Source: Candidatus Caenarcanales bacterium (GTDB taxonomy: Bacteria > Cyanobacteriota > Vampirovibrionia > Caenarcaniphilales > Caenarcanaceae). Taken from it: a stretch of DNA of 64,000 bases. The stretch lies in assembly GCA_030065015.1 (NCBI GenBank), contig JASJDU010000002.1:14615-78614 (forward strand), written 5' to 3'. The notes below the pieces were generated by a model that worked only from the letters and a program-made list of their open reading frames with translations, ran no database searches and was not told the origin of the DNA. Made by a program: the position numbers and the translations under genes. This document shows positions 62,752 to 64,000 of the stretch, one piece after another; positions within the stretch are counted from its first letter, which is position 1, and each line of letters begins with the position of its first letter.

Positions 62752-63528
62752 TTACCCTAGACTCAATCCAGCGCAGATATTTATCAATTGTCCTGTTATT
62801 CCTTTAGCTTGCTCTGATGATAAATAACTGACCATTTTTGCAATTTCATAAGGCTCGATCCAGCGTTTTTGAGGGATTGTCTCTAATTCTTCTCTTTCAA
62901 TAATTTTGCCTTCTTCTAGAGCTTTATTCGTCATATCCGTTTTCACCCATCCAGGGTTAATTGTGTTAACGGTGATTCCAAATTCAGCTAATTCTAGTCC
63001 CAGAGATTTAGTTAACCCAATTAAAGATGCTTTTGATGATGAGTAGATTGAGGCGTTTGGTTCCCCAACGATTCCACTTATAGAGCCGATGTTTATTATT
63101 CTTCCCCATTGTTTTTTTTTCATGTGAGGGACTAAAAGACTCGTTAATTCGAGTGGGATTTCGGCATTTAGCCTAAAGCTATCTCTTATAAGTTTGATAT
63201 TTTTTGTTATATCTTGAAAATTTTCTAGGCTCTTCGTTCTTCTGTCTACGCTGCCCCATTCGTAAATCCCAGCGTTATTAATTAGGATATCTATCGGTCC
63301 AATGATGGAATTTGCTTCTTTAACTAACTCTTCAGCCGATTTATCTTTCATTAAATCAATTGCAAAATAATTAGCTGAACATTTTGCTGAATCCAAGGAT
63401 TGAGCTATTTCATGCAATTTATTTGTGTTTCTTCCGCTGAGAAAGACTTGAAAACCATCCGATGATAATGTTTTGGCAATTTCTGCTCCGATATCACCGG
63501 AGCCACCTGTTATGAGTGCGGTTTTCAT
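62752..63528 (-). CDS. SDR family oxidoreductase (FabG-like)
   Basis: ITGGSGDIGAEIA, NNAG, YSSSKASLIGL (Y-x3-K). Confidence 0.85.
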   Translation of the reverse strand: MKTALITGGSGDIGAEIAKTLSSDGFQVFLSGRNTNKLHEIAQSLDSAKCSANYFAIDLMKDKSAEELVKEANSIIGPIDILINNAGIYEWGSVDRRTKSLENFQDITKNIKLIRDSFRLNAEIPLELTSLLVPHMKKKQWGRIINIGSISGIVGEPNASIYSSSKASLIGLTKSLGLELAEFGITVNTINPGWVKTDMTNKALEEGKIIEREELETIPQKRWIEPYEIAKMVSYLSSEQAKGITGQLINICAGLSLG

Positions 63529-63762
63529 AATTGTGAAGAGGGCATGTTAAATTTACTATTCCGATTTTCAGGGTCTGTAAAATTGAGATTCTTGAACTTG
63601 GGTGTAATACATTTTTGTGATTTTTATAATTCAATAAAGCCCACTAAAAGCTCGATTGCATTATAAAATAACATTGGAAATTAATTCCCCTAAAATACTG
63701 CTTTCTTAGTATAGTAATTAGGAACGTAGTATTCTAAAACACTTCTTAGGAGACTCAATTAG

Positions 63763-64000
63763 AATGAAAAAACTTGCAAGTTTAGCCTTCGCAATCTCAA
63801 TCTGTTTATCAGCCTTTGTTGCTGGTGAGTCAGATGCTCGCTTGTTTGAAGACAAGTGTAATCCAACACCAAAGTGTGAACCAGAATGTTTTGGTTGTGC
63901 ACCTAATAAACCACATGTTTTAGTTGAATTAGAGCCATGTGCTTATAGAGACAAGCCTTACAACTACTATACATGGGAAAAAGTTGGTGAAAAAGAAGTT
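63763..64000 (+). CDS. secreted Cys-rich protein (5' partial; continues beyond the window)
   Basis: AGGAG RBS 12 nt upstream of the ATG at 63763. Signal peptide, then CNPTPKCEPECFGCAPNKPH. Confidence 0.4.

Overview
Low-GC (about 33-35%) bacterial chromosomal segment, densely coding on both strands. No rRNA, tRNA, CRISPR, transposase or integrase was seen. Most of the window is housekeeping: a sigma-70 family factor, mtnA, aroC, pterin dehydratase, pyrF, acpP, hisC, speE, mutM, aroA, an AroH-type chorismate mutase, ftsY, pepA, an orphan atpD, ADP-forming acetyl-CoA synthetase, trxB, a futalosine-pathway radical SAM enzyme, tyrA, and Slt-CsaB-TagA-LmbE envelope genes.

The parts that stand out:
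1. Three cryptochrome/photolyase family members (FeS-BCP/PhrB-like, Cry-DASH, class-I-like) plus a flavin reductase within 6.3 kb. The third photolyase is translationally coupled to pyrF.
2. Three unusual TadE-like (Flp pseudopilin-like N-terminus) proteins interleaved with that cluster. Two are tandem Cys-rich paralogs, one carrying 66-nt tandem repeats that encode Gly/Asn/Val-rich 22-aa repeats. The third is a 655-aa Cys/Pro-rich protein with C-terminal EF-hand/dockerin-like Ca-binding loops, immediately followed by two paralogous lipoproteins.
3. A CpaF/TadA-family secretion ATPase that is orphaned from tadB/tadC and carries a roughly 400-aa acidic disordered C-terminal tail. A catalytically degenerate SDR-like gene sits just upstream.

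Several ORF-track starts are TTG. Where a nearby in-frame ATG fits homology better, I used it.
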